Position numbers and translations under genes: made by a program
DNA from: Candidatus Woesearchaeota archaeon
Lineage (GTDB): Archaea > Nanobdellota > Nanobdellia > Pacearchaeales > GW2011-AR1
Reading direction: 5' to 3'
DNA length: 32,359 bases
Assembly (NCBI GenBank): GCA_964468545.1
Contig: CAYXTT010000002.1
Location: 1 to 32,359, forward strand
Shown here: positions 23,115 through 32,304 of the stretch, one piece after another
Numbering within the stretch: position 1 is the first letter of the stretch
Layout of the letters: each line of letters opens with the position of its first letter
The notes under the pieces: model-generated
Seen by the model: only the letters and a program-made list of their open reading frames with translations
Databases searched by the model: none
What the model was told of the DNA's origin: nothing

Positions 23115-24860
23115 CTACCCCGCTTCCCCTTCAACCTCATTCAGCGTCGCAATATCATCAACCCCCCTGTCCGCCCTCAATCTCAAAATCCGAGGAAACC
23201 TCAAAGCAAACCCAGAAGAATTCGTCGGCGACCTCTGCACATTTTGATACTGAACCGAAACAACAATCTCAGGCCGAACCTTAATCTTCCGCCCCTCAAC
23301 TTCAACAACCAACTTCTCTAACATGTCCGTCATCTCCTTAAAACTCAATCCTTCCTCCGGTTTTTCCTTCAATCCCGTCGACACTTTCCCAATTTCTAAA
23401 AATTCCCCCTCGTTGCTCAAATCTTCCCCGCCGACCAGCGACGAGCGACTATCCACTAGCGACGAGTTTCGACATGCAATGTCAAAACTCGTCAGCCATC
23501 CTGCCCGTTTCCCCGTCCCCCACTTCGCCCCGGTAATCACCAAATCAAAATCATTATCCTCCGGCTTCAACTTCACCGCATAGCCAACACGAGCTCCCGG
23601 TTTATACGGCGCCGACAAACTTTTCCCCATCAACCCCTCTTGATTCTCACTCAGCGCCTCCTCGTAAAATTTCTCAACAACATCATTATCGTCGGTAATA
23701 ATCTGTTTCGCCAGAACAATCCGCCTCTCATCCTCGTGAACAATCTTCTCAATCAATGCACGTCTCTCGCCAAACGCCGTCTCAATCAAACTCCCCCCAT
23801 TGTAATAAATCACATCAAAAATCGTCAACTCAATCGGCAACTTCGCAATCATTTCGGTAATCCCATACTTCCGTTTAATCCTCTGGCTAATCGCCTGAAA
23901 ATCCGTATACTTCCCCGTCCTCGCGTCGAACCCAACCGCCTCCGCATCCAAAATAAAACTTTTACCGTCGACGTTCTTCTCGACATACTTCACAATATCT
24001 GGAAACTGCTTAGTAACTTCTTCAAGTCGCCGAGTAAAAATTTTTATCTTCCCGTTCTTTTCTTTATTAACCATAACCCTAAACCCATCATACTTATACT
24101 CAAACGCCGCCGGCCGCCCAACAATCCGAAACGCATCTTCAACATCTTTCGCTTTCGGAAACAACATAACTTTCACAGGCTTCCCCGGCACCAACTTAAT
24201 TTTCTCCAACGAATCATCGCACGCCCTCTCAAAAACCTCAGCAAAATCCGTTACCTTGTCATACGCCTCCTGAACTTCTTTAACACAAATTTTTTTATCA
24301 TTCAAATCTTTTGGCTCGAAACAATTAACAACAATCGCATCTCTCAAAATCCCAGAACCAACCCCAATTTTCAAATCTCCCAAAACCGTCCTCACAATAT
24401 ATTTCGCCTCTTCCATCGTCGCTGAATGCAGCAACTCAACAATCAACCCAATCTTCATATCAACAGTTCCTTTCCCCTCGAAACTCGGAATCTTCCTTAA
24501 ATTCTCCATAACTTTTTCAACACTTAACTTCCCAGAAAATAACGCCCTCTGTTTCTTTTTCTCCAAAACATCCTCGGCAACTTTTCCCAAATCACCGAAC
24601 TTCTTGAATTTCTCAACAACCTCATTTTCGCCAATCCCAGCTGTCCGCGAAATCGCCTTAATCATCAACTGATGCGAAATTCCCAACTCTCGATTATCAT
24701 AATCCGCAAAAACTCGCCCCTGCAAAAGATAAATAATCTCTGGCTCTCCACGAATTTCCCCCAAAAAATTTGCCAATATCTCGGTTTTATAGAGCCCTTT
24801 CGTCGTCGATTCCAGCGCCATATAAATTTCACAAATTCTCGAATAATTCATAAAATACAA
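23115..24860 (-). CDS. lig: ATP-dependent DNA ligase
   Basis: Adenylation motif FEYKYDGFRV, LDAEAV, EGLMGKSL..PYKPGAR and KLKPE. 581 aa. Confidence 0.95.
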   Translation of the reverse strand: MYFMNYSRICEIYMALESTTKGLYKTEILANFLGEIRGEPEIIYLLQGRVFADYDNRELGISHQLMIKAISRTAGIGENEVVEKFKKFGDLGKVAEDVLEKKKQRALFSGKLSVEKVMENLRKIPSFEGKGTVDMKIGLIVELLHSATMEEAKYIVRTVLGDLKIGVGSGILRDAIVVNCFEPKDLNDKKICVKEVQEAYDKVTDFAEVFERACDDSLEKIKLVPGKPVKVMLFPKAKDVEDAFRIVGRPAAFEYKYDGFRVMVNKEKNGKIKIFTRRLEEVTKQFPDIVKYVEKNVDGKSFILDAEAVGFDARTGKYTDFQAISQRIKRKYGITEMIAKLPIELTIFDVIYYNGGSLIETAFGERRALIEKIVHEDERRIVLAKQIITDDNDVVEKFYEEALSENQEGLMGKSLSAPYKPGARVGYAVKLKPEDNDFDLVITGAKWGTGKRAGWLTSFDIACRNSSLVDSRSSLVGGEDLSNEGEFLEIGKVSTGLKEKPEEGLSFKEMTDMLEKLVVEVEGRKIKVRPEIVVSVQYQNVQRSPTNSSGFALRFPRILRLRADRGVDDIATLNEVEGEAG

Positions 24861-24908
24861 AATATTCTTTCAATTAAATAACTTCCGAGTTAACACCGCT
24901 CCCAAAAG

Positions 24909-24917
24909 TTTATAAAA
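24909..24917 (+). promoter_or_regulatory. TATA-like box upstream of thioredoxin
   Basis: tttataaaa lies 21-29 nt upstream of the ATG at 24938. Confidence 0.45.
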
Positions 24918-24937
24918 AATCCTAACCAAATTACAAA

Positions 24938-25261
24938 ATGGAAATCAACGTAACCGACATAACTTTCAAAAAAGAAGTCATTGAAAAATCAAAAACAATT
25001 CCAGTCCTCGTCGACTTCTGGGCAGAATGGTGCGGTCCGTGCATAATATTAAAACCAATTCTTGAAAAACTCGCAAAAGAATTCAACGGCAAACTCATTC
25101 TCGCAAAAGCCGAAACAGACAAAAATCAAGAACACGCAAGCGAATACGAAGTTATGTCAATCCCATCTGTAAAACTTTTTAAAAACGGAAAAGTCGTCGA
25201 CGAATTTATCGGCGCCCAACCCGAAGCCACAATCAAGCAATGGCTTAACCAAAAACTCTAA
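24938..25261 (+). CDS. trxA: Thioredoxin
   Basis: VLVDFWAEWCGPC active site. 107 aa. Confidence 0.9.
   Translation: MEINVTDITFKKEVIEKSKTIPVLVDFWAEWCGPCIILKPILEKLAKEFNGKLILAKAETDKNQEHASEYEVMSIPSVKLFKNGKVVDEFIGAQPEATIKQWLNQKL
25203..25240 (+). repeat. Left copy of a 38-nt perfect direct repeat (inside the trx 3' end)
   Basis: aatttatcggcgcccaacccgaagccacaatcaagcaa is identical to 25836-25873. Confidence 0.9.
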
Positions 25262-25609
25262 TCACTTTATAAAAAAATCAATCTTGTCTTTCACTTGCCT
25301 GTAAAAATCTTTTTTTACCGTCGCCAAATTTTTGATAATAATTCTTTCATCAATAGTAAAAATCCTATGAGGTTTAATCCAACTCTTAAACGGTAACTTT
25401 CCCTTAGCAAAACTTCCTCTCGAAATCAGAACTCCATTCTTAGGACTATTGGAAGTAACCAAACAACAAATTTTATCCTCACCCTTCAAGTTAGAATTAG
25501 AAACAATCATCGCGGGTCTTCTTTTCACGCCAGCCAAATCAGAATAAGGAAACGGAATCAAAACAATATCCCCTTGCTCAAACATTATTCCATTCCTCAT
25601 CGACTTCAT
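25262..25609 (-). CDS. mazF: PemK/MazF-family toxin
   Basis: GDIVLIPFPYSDLAGVKRRPAMIVS...CCLVTS....G.LPFKSWIKPHRIFTIDERII. The likely start is at MFEQGD (25585), which overlaps the antitoxin stop by 8 nt. Confidence 0.7.
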   Translation of the reverse strand: MKSMRNGIMFEQGDIVLIPFPYSDLAGVKRRPAMIVSNSNLKGEDKICCLVTSNSPKNGVLISRGSFAKGKLPFKSWIKPHRIFTIDERIIIKNLATVKKDFYRQVKDKIDFFIK

Positions 25610-25808
25610 TATCCCAGTCTTTTTTCAAAACATCCTCAGACGCCAACATCGCAAGAATCCCCTCGCTGTTTTTATCACCCTTAATCAAATTGAGTTCCGC
25701 CACCTTCTGACGAATCGCCTTTCTAATAAACTCGCTCCATCTAATTTCAGAATACCTTTTCATTAAACCATAAGTTTCATCTTCGATAGACAACGTAATA
25801 TTAGTCAT
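25578..25808 (-). CDS. Ribbon-helix-helix (CopG-like) antitoxin
   Basis: ITLSIEDETYGLMKR....WSEFIRKAIRQKV, with an acidic tail. Lies upstream of the toxin gene and overlaps it. Confidence 0.6.
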   Translation of the reverse strand: MTNITLSIEDETYGLMKRYSEIRWSEFIRKAIRQKVAELNLIKGDKNSEGILAMLASEDVLKKDWDNEVDEEWNNV

Positions 25809-25835
25809 AACAAATTAAGTGGCATCACTTATTTA

Positions 25836-25873
25836 AATTTATCGGCGCCCAACCCGAAGCCACAATCAAGCAA
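25836..25873 (+). repeat. Right copy of the 38-nt direct repeat (orphan trx 3' end, would encode FIGAQPEATIKQQLN-stop)
   Basis: Identical to 25203-25240. The offset is 633 nt. Confidence 0.9.
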
Positions 25874-25894
25874 CAGCTCAACTAAAAATTATAG

Positions 25895-26212
25895 TTACAA
25901 AAATTCTCTACGATTTGAATATTCCAGTAACTCCGCTTTCGCCATTCTTAATCTATATTTATCTGTTTCAGATAATTCTCCTCCCATCGCTATCATTTCC
26001 AAAGCGAAATCATAATTTCCAAGATATTTAAATTTCTTATCATAAACTTTCAAGACGACATATCTCTCAATCATTTTTTCAATACACGATTCAGAAGGAC
26101 GAGACAATCTTCCATTACACGCTTTAATGACATATTCGATATCTCCAACTACAACTCCCATCATCGCCCTAAGACGCCCTTCATTTTTTGCCGTTTCAAC
26201 AATGTCTTCCAT
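25895..26212 (-). CDS. Hypothetical protein
   Basis: 105-aa ORF with no recognisable motif. Confidence 0.4.
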   Translation of the reverse strand: MEDIVETAKNEGRLRAMMGVVVGDIEYVIKACNGRLSRPSESCIEKMIERYVVLKVYDKKFKYLGNYDFALEMIAMGGELSETDKYRLRMAKAELLEYSNRREFL

Positions 26213-26246
26213 AAAAATCTTAAAATTATTTATTAGAATGAATGAA

Positions 26247-26813
26247 TCAATTCCCTCGTTTCCGATTAGCCTTCAAACTCGGTCTAACCTTCGGAGCTCT
26301 AATCGAGGAATTCCTCAACCCTCTAGCCTTCCTTCCAGCAGAAGTCAGCCCCCTCAACGCTCTCGCCCTTGGCGCCGCAACAAACTTTCCCAAATCTTTG
26401 TCGCTCAAAATTCCCGGCTCACTCCTGTCAACCAAAATCACTTCATAAAAATAATTCATCCCATCTTTCCCAACCCAATACGAACCAAGAACTTCCATAT
26501 TATTAAATTTCCTTGCGACCCTCATCTCCGCAATCTCCTTGTAATTCATTTTCAAATTCTTTCTATTGTGTAATCTCTTCGTTCGCCTCGCCTTATTCGG
26601 CCTCGTCTTTTTATGCCCACCCCGCAAAATTTTAATCCTAACAACGACAACACCCTTCTTCGCCTTATATCCCAAAACCCTCGCTCTATCTAATCTCAAC
26701 GGCTTCTCTACCCTCATGATAGCCCCACCCCTTCGCCACTCCGTCATCCGAGCCCTCAAAACTTTTACATCGGGCTTCTTCCACGCCTCTCGCAAATATT
26801 TCGCAATTCCCAT
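26247..26813 (-). CDS. rpl15e: Ribosomal protein L15e
   Basis: KYLREAWKKP, RLDRARVLGYKAKKGVVVVRIKILRGG and SYWVGKDGMNYFYEVILVD. Confidence 0.9.
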   Translation of the reverse strand: MGIAKYLREAWKKPDVKVLRARMTEWRRGGAIMRVEKPLRLDRARVLGYKAKKGVVVVRIKILRGGHKKTRPNKARRTKRLHNRKNLKMNYKEIAEMRVARKFNNMEVLGSYWVGKDGMNYFYEVILVDRSEPGILSDKDLGKFVAAPRARALRGLTSAGRKARGLRNSSIRAPKVRPSLKANRKRGN

Positions 26814-26949
26814 TAGTAAAAATCCACGAACTTTTTACTCCCGCATTTTTCCAAAAGAAAAACAAGACAATCGTTTTTCTTCGATTTACAAAATTTAATT
26901 ACCATATTACATTATCAAAAATTCGGTTTTTAAAACTTCGCTTCAACTA

Positions 26950-27023
26950 TGAGGCTGCCAAGATTTGAACTTGGGACCCCTGCCTTATCAGAGCAGTGCG
27001 CTACCTGGCTGCGCCACAGCCTC
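26950..27023 (-). tRNA. tRNA-Ile (anticodon GAU)
   Basis: Hand-folded cloverleaf: acceptor GAGGCTG/CAGCCTC, D arm GCGC/GCGC, anticodon arm CTGCT-CTGATAA-GGCAG, T arm CCAAG-TTCAAAT-CTTGG. CCA is not encoded. Confidence 0.9.
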
Positions 27024-27055
27024 ACACAACAATAATCAAAAATTACTTTATAAAA

Positions 27056-27658
27056 TTACCTTAATTCCACAAAAACTTTCTCACTCTTCACGCGATACTC
27101 AATCACTTCAACTTTCAATGGAATAAACTTAACATAACATTTATCTTTCGAATAAGCCCGAATTTCCAACCCCGTCGCCAATTCAGTAACAACAACATTA
27201 TTCCTATCATGAACTCCTGGTGTCTCAATTTCGTAAATAATTCTATCAGCCAACCTTCGAACTTTCGATTCGGCCTCGACTTTCTTCAACTTCATCCTTC
27301 GCTCGTTTTCTTCAATAGAAACTTTCGCAACTTCCCTCTTTTCTTTCGGCGCCTCCCGAATAATCTGTTTCATCTGCGGATTCCCTTTAACAATATTAAT
27401 TCTAATCCCCTTGGGCATTCCATCAAAATTCACATTACCCATTTGTTTTTCCAATTGCTTCACCAAAGAATTCATAATCTTATCCATCCCAAACGGCAAC
27501 TTTTGTTCAATCTCAACACCATCCCCAAAATCATCTGCTCCCAATATTCCAAAATCACCTTTTTCTCGTCGCACCTTGAACGATTCCCCACAGTAAGGAC
27601 AAAAATTAAATTTCCTGTCAATCTTCTTCCCACACGACACGCACTTTCTTTTAAACAT
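27056..27658 (-). CDS. Zinc-ribbon protein with a C-terminal Hsp20/alpha-crystallin-like region
   Basis: CVSCGKKIDRKFNFCPYCG at the N-terminus. The C-terminal beta-rich segment (IIYEIETPGVHDRNNVVVTELATGLEIRA) resembles ACD/CS domains, but the match is tentative. Confidence 0.45.
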   Translation of the reverse strand: MFKRKCVSCGKKIDRKFNFCPYCGESFKVRREKGDFGILGADDFGDGVEIEQKLPFGMDKIMNSLVKQLEKQMGNVNFDGMPKGIRINIVKGNPQMKQIIREAPKEKREVAKVSIEENERRMKLKKVEAESKVRRLADRIIYEIETPGVHDRNNVVVTELATGLEIRAYSKDKCYVKFIPLKVEVIEYRVKSEKVFVELR

Positions 27659-27698
27659 ACATATAAAAATAATTCCCCCTATTTAAATTTCACTATCT

Positions 27699-29126
27699 CT
27701 AAACATAATGCTCAACACTTCCAACCAAATGCTCAAGATAATGAACCTCTCTAACAATCCCCTGCATCGGTCTAAATTCTCTAATTAAATAATTCGACGA
27801 AAACTTCCGAACATGCCTAACCTCTCTCAAAAATTTCAAACCAACAATCGCAACAAAAAATCTTCCCACAGCCGAAACAGCGAATATAAACAAAATTGGA
27901 TTCATAAACGAAACATTAATCCAAGCCAGCAACGAACCCAAACTCGCCCCGACAAACACACCAATCCCGACAATCAAATTCATATAAGTCAAACCGAAAC
28001 TTCTCTTTGGCCCGCTCACCGCATCATAAACATAATTATTCACAGCCAAATTATAACCAGCCCATCCAAACCCGCCGACAATCGATGGCACTATCAACAA
28101 ATATAATTTCATCATCAAGCCACCTCCAATAAATATCGACGCAATCCACAACAATGGACCAATCGCAATAGCCCACGAACAAATAGCCACCAATTTAATA
28201 TTTCCAAATCTGTCAGACACTTTCCCAAGCAACGGCAAAAAAATCAACTGAAAAATAACCGACGAAACCGTCACAAGTATATACCAAACATAAGAAAAAC
28301 CCAAATTTCTCAACATGTAAACCGCCCAAAACGGACCAGCAATAGCAGCGACAAAATTTAACGCCCCCATAAATAAACTAAATCGCCCAAACGGAGTTTC
28401 AAAAGATTTTCTCAAGAATTGCCAAAACGAAAAATAATCTTTCTTCCTGATTCTAATTCTCGGTTCATATTGTTTCCTCAATAAATTCAGCGACCAAATT
28501 CTAATCAAAGCCGAAAGAACAAATAAAAAACCAAACCCAAGCAAAGTAAATCCAATAACATTACCGCGAAGAACTCCAACCTCCTTCGACGCATCAAGAA
28601 TAACAGCACCAATAACCATCGTCAACACTCCAAAAAATCCAATTACCCGATTCCTTCTTGAAAAATATTCTCCTCGTTTCTCTTCGGGAACAATCGAACC
28701 CATCCACGAAAACCACGCCGGATGAGAAATTGCAGTAAGCACATAAAATAAACTAACAAGTCCGATAAAAATCCAAACCATATAAGGAACGCCAAGATAA
28801 AATAATAATCCAGTCGCAAGAATCGGAATCCAAAGCAAAATTTTTCCAAACACACCACCCAAAACTAACTCCTTCCTCGAGAATCTTTTAAGCAACTTGG
28901 CCGTTTTTAGTTGCACAATGCTCGGCAACAAACTCGTAATAGCATATAAAATTCCAACTTGCGTCGACGTCGCGTTCATAGCCAACGCAAACGGAGAAAA
29001 ATAAGACAATCCAAATCCCGACGACATCGAATCCACCGAACCCTCTCGCACACTCAAATTCAAACTCTCGTCAATTTTTTTAGCGACAATCGGATGATTA
29101 ACATTAGCCTCTTTCACCTTCCTCAT
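27699..29126 (-). CDS. MFS-type multi-pass membrane transporter
   Basis: 475 aa with about 12 or more hydrophobic helices and a central charged loop (RKQYEPRIRIRKKD). Confidence 0.7.
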   Translation of the reverse strand: MRKVKEANVNHPIVAKKIDESLNLSVREGSVDSMSSGFGLSYFSPFALAMNATSTQVGILYAITSLLPSIVQLKTAKLLKRFSRKELVLGGVFGKILLWIPILATGLLFYLGVPYMVWIFIGLVSLFYVLTAISHPAWFSWMGSIVPEEKRGEYFSRRNRVIGFFGVLTMVIGAVILDASKEVGVLRGNVIGFTLLGFGFLFVLSALIRIWSLNLLRKQYEPRIRIRKKDYFSFWQFLRKSFETPFGRFSLFMGALNFVAAIAGPFWAVYMLRNLGFSYVWYILVTVSSVIFQLIFLPLLGKVSDRFGNIKLVAICSWAIAIGPLLWIASIFIGGGLMMKLYLLIVPSIVGGFGWAGYNLAVNNYVYDAVSGPKRSFGLTYMNLIVGIGVFVGASLGSLLAWINVSFMNPILFIFAVSAVGRFFVAIVGLKFLREVRHVRKFSSNYLIREFRPMQGIVREVHYLEHLVGSVEHYV

Positions 29127-29176
29127 TTAATTTTCAAGCCAAAACATTTTAAAAACATAACCATTTAGAACAACCG

Positions 29177-29247
29177 GCGTGGATAGTATAATGGTAGTAT
29201 GTAAGCTTCCCAAGCTTGAGACCCGGGTTCAATCCCCGGTCCGCGCA
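29177..29247 (+). tRNA. tRNA-Gly (anticodon CCC)
   Basis: Acceptor GCGTGGA/TCCGCGC, anticodon arm TAAGC-TTCCCAA-GCTTG, T arm CCGGG-TTCAATC-CCCGG, discriminator A. Confidence 0.85.
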
Positions 29248-29329
29248 TTTTATTTGTAGAATATACAATATTCAAAAATATACAATAAATAATACAATGC
29301 ATTATAAACTATCTCAATGAAAAATATTT

Positions 29330-29812
29330 ATGGCAGAAGAATACGGTTTTAAAAAAATGGTTGAAAGTGCATCAACCGGAAAAAGATTGTCTCGTATGGA
29401 AATCATCGAAGAGAAATCAGAAGATAGAGAATTATATCGTATAAGACTAAATGGAATAGGGAATAGAAAGGGGCATTCTGAAATTACAATTAGATAAGTT
29501 GAGGGAAGCATAGGATTAGATGATTATGTCGAATTACTCAGAGAGAACAAAGGATTTGAGGAAGATATTGCGTTACTAAAAAAATTAATGTTCGAAGATT
29601 TAGGAGCTGTCGCATCTGGAGCAGTAAAAAATTTAAGACATTATAAATCAGAAAAAGGATGGACCACATCCTTTCAAGTAGCGAAAAAACAAGAAACACA
29701 AAAAGCCCTTCATGATTACATAGGTATTTCTTTAGAGATCATGGGTGGTTTCTTTAGAGAATATGGCCCAATAGATTTAGCTTTCCTGGCAAGAGAAAGA
29801 GATGGAAGATAA
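29330..29812 (+). pseudogene. Hypothetical ORF interrupted by one in-frame TAA (29495-29497)
   Basis: ATG at 29330 opens MAEEYGFKKMVESASTGKRLSRMEIIEEKSEDRELYRIRLNGIGNRKGHSEITIR, then TAA. The same frame continues VEGSIGLDDYVELLRENKGFEEDIALLKKL and joins track ORF 29588..29812. Confidence 0.4.
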
Positions 29813-29834
29813 ACATATATTGCAAAATAACAAC

Positions 29835-29844
29835 CTTTAATAAT
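29835..29844 (+). promoter_or_regulatory. TATA-like box upstream of metG
   Basis: ctttaataat lies 20-29 nt upstream of the ATG at 29864. Confidence 0.45.
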
Positions 29845-29863
29845 CTTTTCCGAATATAATTAC

Positions 29864-31261
29864 ATGAAAAAATTTTATGTAACGACGCCAATTTATTACC
29901 CAAACGACATCCCACACATCGGACACGCATACACGACAATAGCAGCAGACATCCTCGCACGATGGCACAAACTCAAAGGCGAAGAAGTATTTTTCTTAAC
30001 TGGAACCGACGACCACGGAAAAAAAATCGCCGAAGCCGCAAAAAAAACAGGCAAGTCGCCAAAGGAATTCACCGACGACCTAATCCCAAAATTCAAAGAC
30101 GCATGGAAAAAACTAAACATTAACTACGATAGATTCATAAGAACAACTGACCCCGACCACGAAAAAATCGTCCAGGAAATCTTGCAAAAAGTTTATGACA
30201 ATGGCGACATTTACAAAGGAGAATACGAAGGATTTTATTGCACCGGTTGCGAAGCATACTACACCGAAAAAGACCTCGACAACGGCAACTGCCCAATTCA
30301 CAAAACAAAAATAGAAAAACTAAAAGAAGAAACCTACTTCTTCAAACTTTCAAAATATCAAGACAAACTTCTAGACTTCTATAAACGAAACCCGAACTTC
30401 ATTTTACCAAAACACCGAAGACAAGAAATCATCAACAGAGTAAAAGAAGGATTAAAAGATTTGAGCATTTCAAGAAACTCATTTAACTGGGGAATAAAAC
30501 TTCCATTTGACAAATTGCATATAACATACGTTTGGTTCGACGCACTTTTCAATTATTATTCCGCAACAAGACAAAAAGGAAAAGAAAAATTCTGGCCCGC
30601 CGATATTAATCTAATTGGCAAGGACATACTCTGGTTCCACACGGTATACTGGCCCGCATTTTTGATGTCAGCCGGAATCAAACCGCCAAAGTCGGTATAC
30701 GCACACGGATGGTGGACATTTAATAAAGAAAAAATTTCAAAATCACGCGGAAAAGTAATCAATGTCGACGAATTAATAAAAATTGCCGGAGTCGATTCGG
30801 CAAGATATTTTCTCTTCAGAGAATCATCATTCGGCGAAGACGGAGACTTCTCCGAAACAGCATTGATAAATCGCCACAACAACGAACTCGCAAACAAGCT
30901 CGGCAATCTCATCTCACGGACTTCAGCTCTCGTCGAGAAATACGGGATTGAAGAAAATCCAAACACATTATTAAAAAAACCAATCCTAAAAAAAATAGAA
31001 AACTACATGGACAAATTTGAACTCGACAAAGCTCTAAGTGAAATTTTCGCGTTAATAGATATTTGCAACGAATTTATTCAAACAAAAAAACCTTGGGAAA
31101 CCCACGACAAAAAAGTCCTCTATCAATTAGTCGACTCAATCCGCCAAATCGCAAAACTCCTATCGCCATTCATTCCCGAGTCCGCAGAAAAAATTTCAAA
31201 GATTTACAAAACCGACAAAATTATAAAATCCCCAATACTATTTAATAAAATAATTCAGTAG
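29864..31261 (+). CDS. metG: Methionyl-tRNA synthetase (short form)
   Basis: PIYYPNDIPHIGHAYT (HIGH), Zn knuckle CTGCEAYY...CPIH, and KISKSRG (KMSKS). Confidence 0.9.
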   Translation: MKKFYVTTPIYYPNDIPHIGHAYTTIAADILARWHKLKGEEVFFLTGTDDHGKKIAEAAKKTGKSPKEFTDDLIPKFKDAWKKLNINYDRFIRTTDPDHEKIVQEILQKVYDNGDIYKGEYEGFYCTGCEAYYTEKDLDNGNCPIHKTKIEKLKEETYFFKLSKYQDKLLDFYKRNPNFILPKHRRQEIINRVKEGLKDLSISRNSFNWGIKLPFDKLHITYVWFDALFNYYSATRQKGKEKFWPADINLIGKDILWFHTVYWPAFLMSAGIKPPKSVYAHGWWTFNKEKISKSRGKVINVDELIKIAGVDSARYFLFRESSFGEDGDFSETALINRHNNELANKLGNLISRTSALVEKYGIEENPNTLLKKPILKKIENYMDKFELDKALSEIFALIDICNEFIQTKKPWETHDKKVLYQLVDSIRQIAKLLSPFIPESAEKISKIYKTDKIIKSPILFNKIIQ

Positions 31262-31291
31262 TCTTTCTTAAGAAGTAACAAAATAGAAAAG

Positions 31292-31300
31292 TTTATAAAT
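31292..31300 (+). promoter_or_regulatory. TATA-like box of DGR target gene 2
   Basis: tttataaat lies 21-29 nt upstream of the ATG at 31321. Confidence 0.5.
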
Positions 31301-31320
31301 TAAGAAATTCTAAATCTCTT

Positions 31321-32160
31321 ATGATAAAATTAGGAACAGCGCCAATAATTCAAGTGCCAGAACAAGAATTTGGTTTCTATAGTCGTCCGGATTTAGCAGG
31401 CAAAACTTTTTTAGAAGCATTTGAAAAAGAATTGAGACAATACAATCCAGAAACTCTAAAAAAAGCATTAAACGGAGAATTTTACTTCGACAGCGACGGA
31501 ACATTAAGAGGTTCAAATTTACCTTTTAATGTTTTAATGAATCATAAAAATCTTTTCCCCGAAGACGAACATCCTTTATCAATCGCAGAATTCGGTCAAG
31601 CATTTAACAAAAACCCAGAAGCTTCCAAAGAAATATACGCAGACACCGGGATTATAGCAAGGACACCAAACGATTATTTTTCAGAAAATATAATTAAACA
31701 AATAAAAGCAAGAGGAAAAACACCAACTCCAGAAGAACCAATAGTAATATCCAACACAGACCTAATTCCAATACAAAATAAAGAGTCCCGTTGCGGATTT
31801 GTTTACAAAATAAAAGACAGAGACGGCGAAGAATTAATAGTAGCCCCAGCATATGGAACAGCAGAAACCATAACAAAATTCACAATCTACGACGAAAGAG
31901 GAATTCCTATCCCATCCGAAAGAGGAGATAAACAAATCTGGAAAGGAGATTCTGGCGTGTCGAGAGTTTATTCTAGCTACGGCCAGGTCGTGGGCTCGGG
32001 CGACGAGCGCCTGGCGAGTTCAGGCGGCGGCGGCAGGGTAGTGGTGGGGAAGGCCAATGTTCCGCAAAATATTGTTGAAATAGAAAAGTTAGTTCAGCAA
32101 GAAGAAAAAAGAATAAAAATGGCAAAAAAAGATTTAGAAAAAAGAGTAGCAAAGTTATAA
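31321..32160 (+). CDS. DGR variable (target) protein 2, with the VR near the C-terminus followed by a coiled-coil tail
   Basis: 279-aa paralog of CDS 3329..4042. The GC-rich segment GVSRVYSSYGQVVGSGDERLASSGGGGRVVVG is repeated downstream at 32305 onward. Confidence 0.7.
   Translation: MIKLGTAPIIQVPEQEFGFYSRPDLAGKTFLEAFEKELRQYNPETLKKALNGEFYFDSDGTLRGSNLPFNVLMNHKNLFPEDEHPLSIAEFGQAFNKNPEASKEIYADTGIIARTPNDYFSENIIKQIKARGKTPTPEEPIVISNTDLIPIQNKESRCGFVYKIKDRDGEELIVAPAYGTAETITKFTIYDERGIPIPSERGDKQIWKGDSGVSRVYSSYGQVVGSGDERLASSGGGGRVVVGKANVPQNIVEIEKLVQQEEKRIKMAKKDLEKRVAKL
31954..32049 (+). repeat. DGR variable repeat VR2 (3' limit inferred from the GC-rich island)
   Basis: 31954-32008 aligns without gaps to 32305-32359, with 48 of 55 positions identical by hand count. 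The rest of the TR lies beyond the window. Confidence 0.7.
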
Positions 32161-32184
32161 AAGCCTAAATTTATTCAAAAAATT

Positions 32185-32204
32185 CTAACCTTGGAACTGG
32201 TTAG
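32185..32204 (+). other. Conserved stem-loop downstream of target gene 2
   Basis: CTAACC-ttggaact-GGTTAG, homologous in position and context to 4101-4117. Confidence 0.5.
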
Positions 32205-32304
32205 GCTACATGTTGATTAATTTATAATTCAATCACAACAATTAGTAGTTTGCGCGAAAATTGAAGTGATGGTGATTTACTTTCAATTAATCAACTATAT
32301 AGTC

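Larger units (their letters stand above)
25241..25835. mobile_element. Inserted toxin-antitoxin cassette bounded by the 38-nt repeats
   Basis: The segment between the repeats holds only the mazF-like and RHH genes plus the replacement trx C-terminus. Confidence 0.5.

Noticed and set aside
23640-24425. Long antisense ORFs in the track (e.g. 23640..24425, 12915..13523, 19877..20392, 27209..27754, 21436..21963, 958..1419, 18918..19409)
   Set aside because: Each lies opposite to, or out of frame with, a CDS that has clear family motifs. Their low-complexity, Pro/Asn/Arg/Leu-rich translations are typical of non-coding frames in purine-skewed genes.
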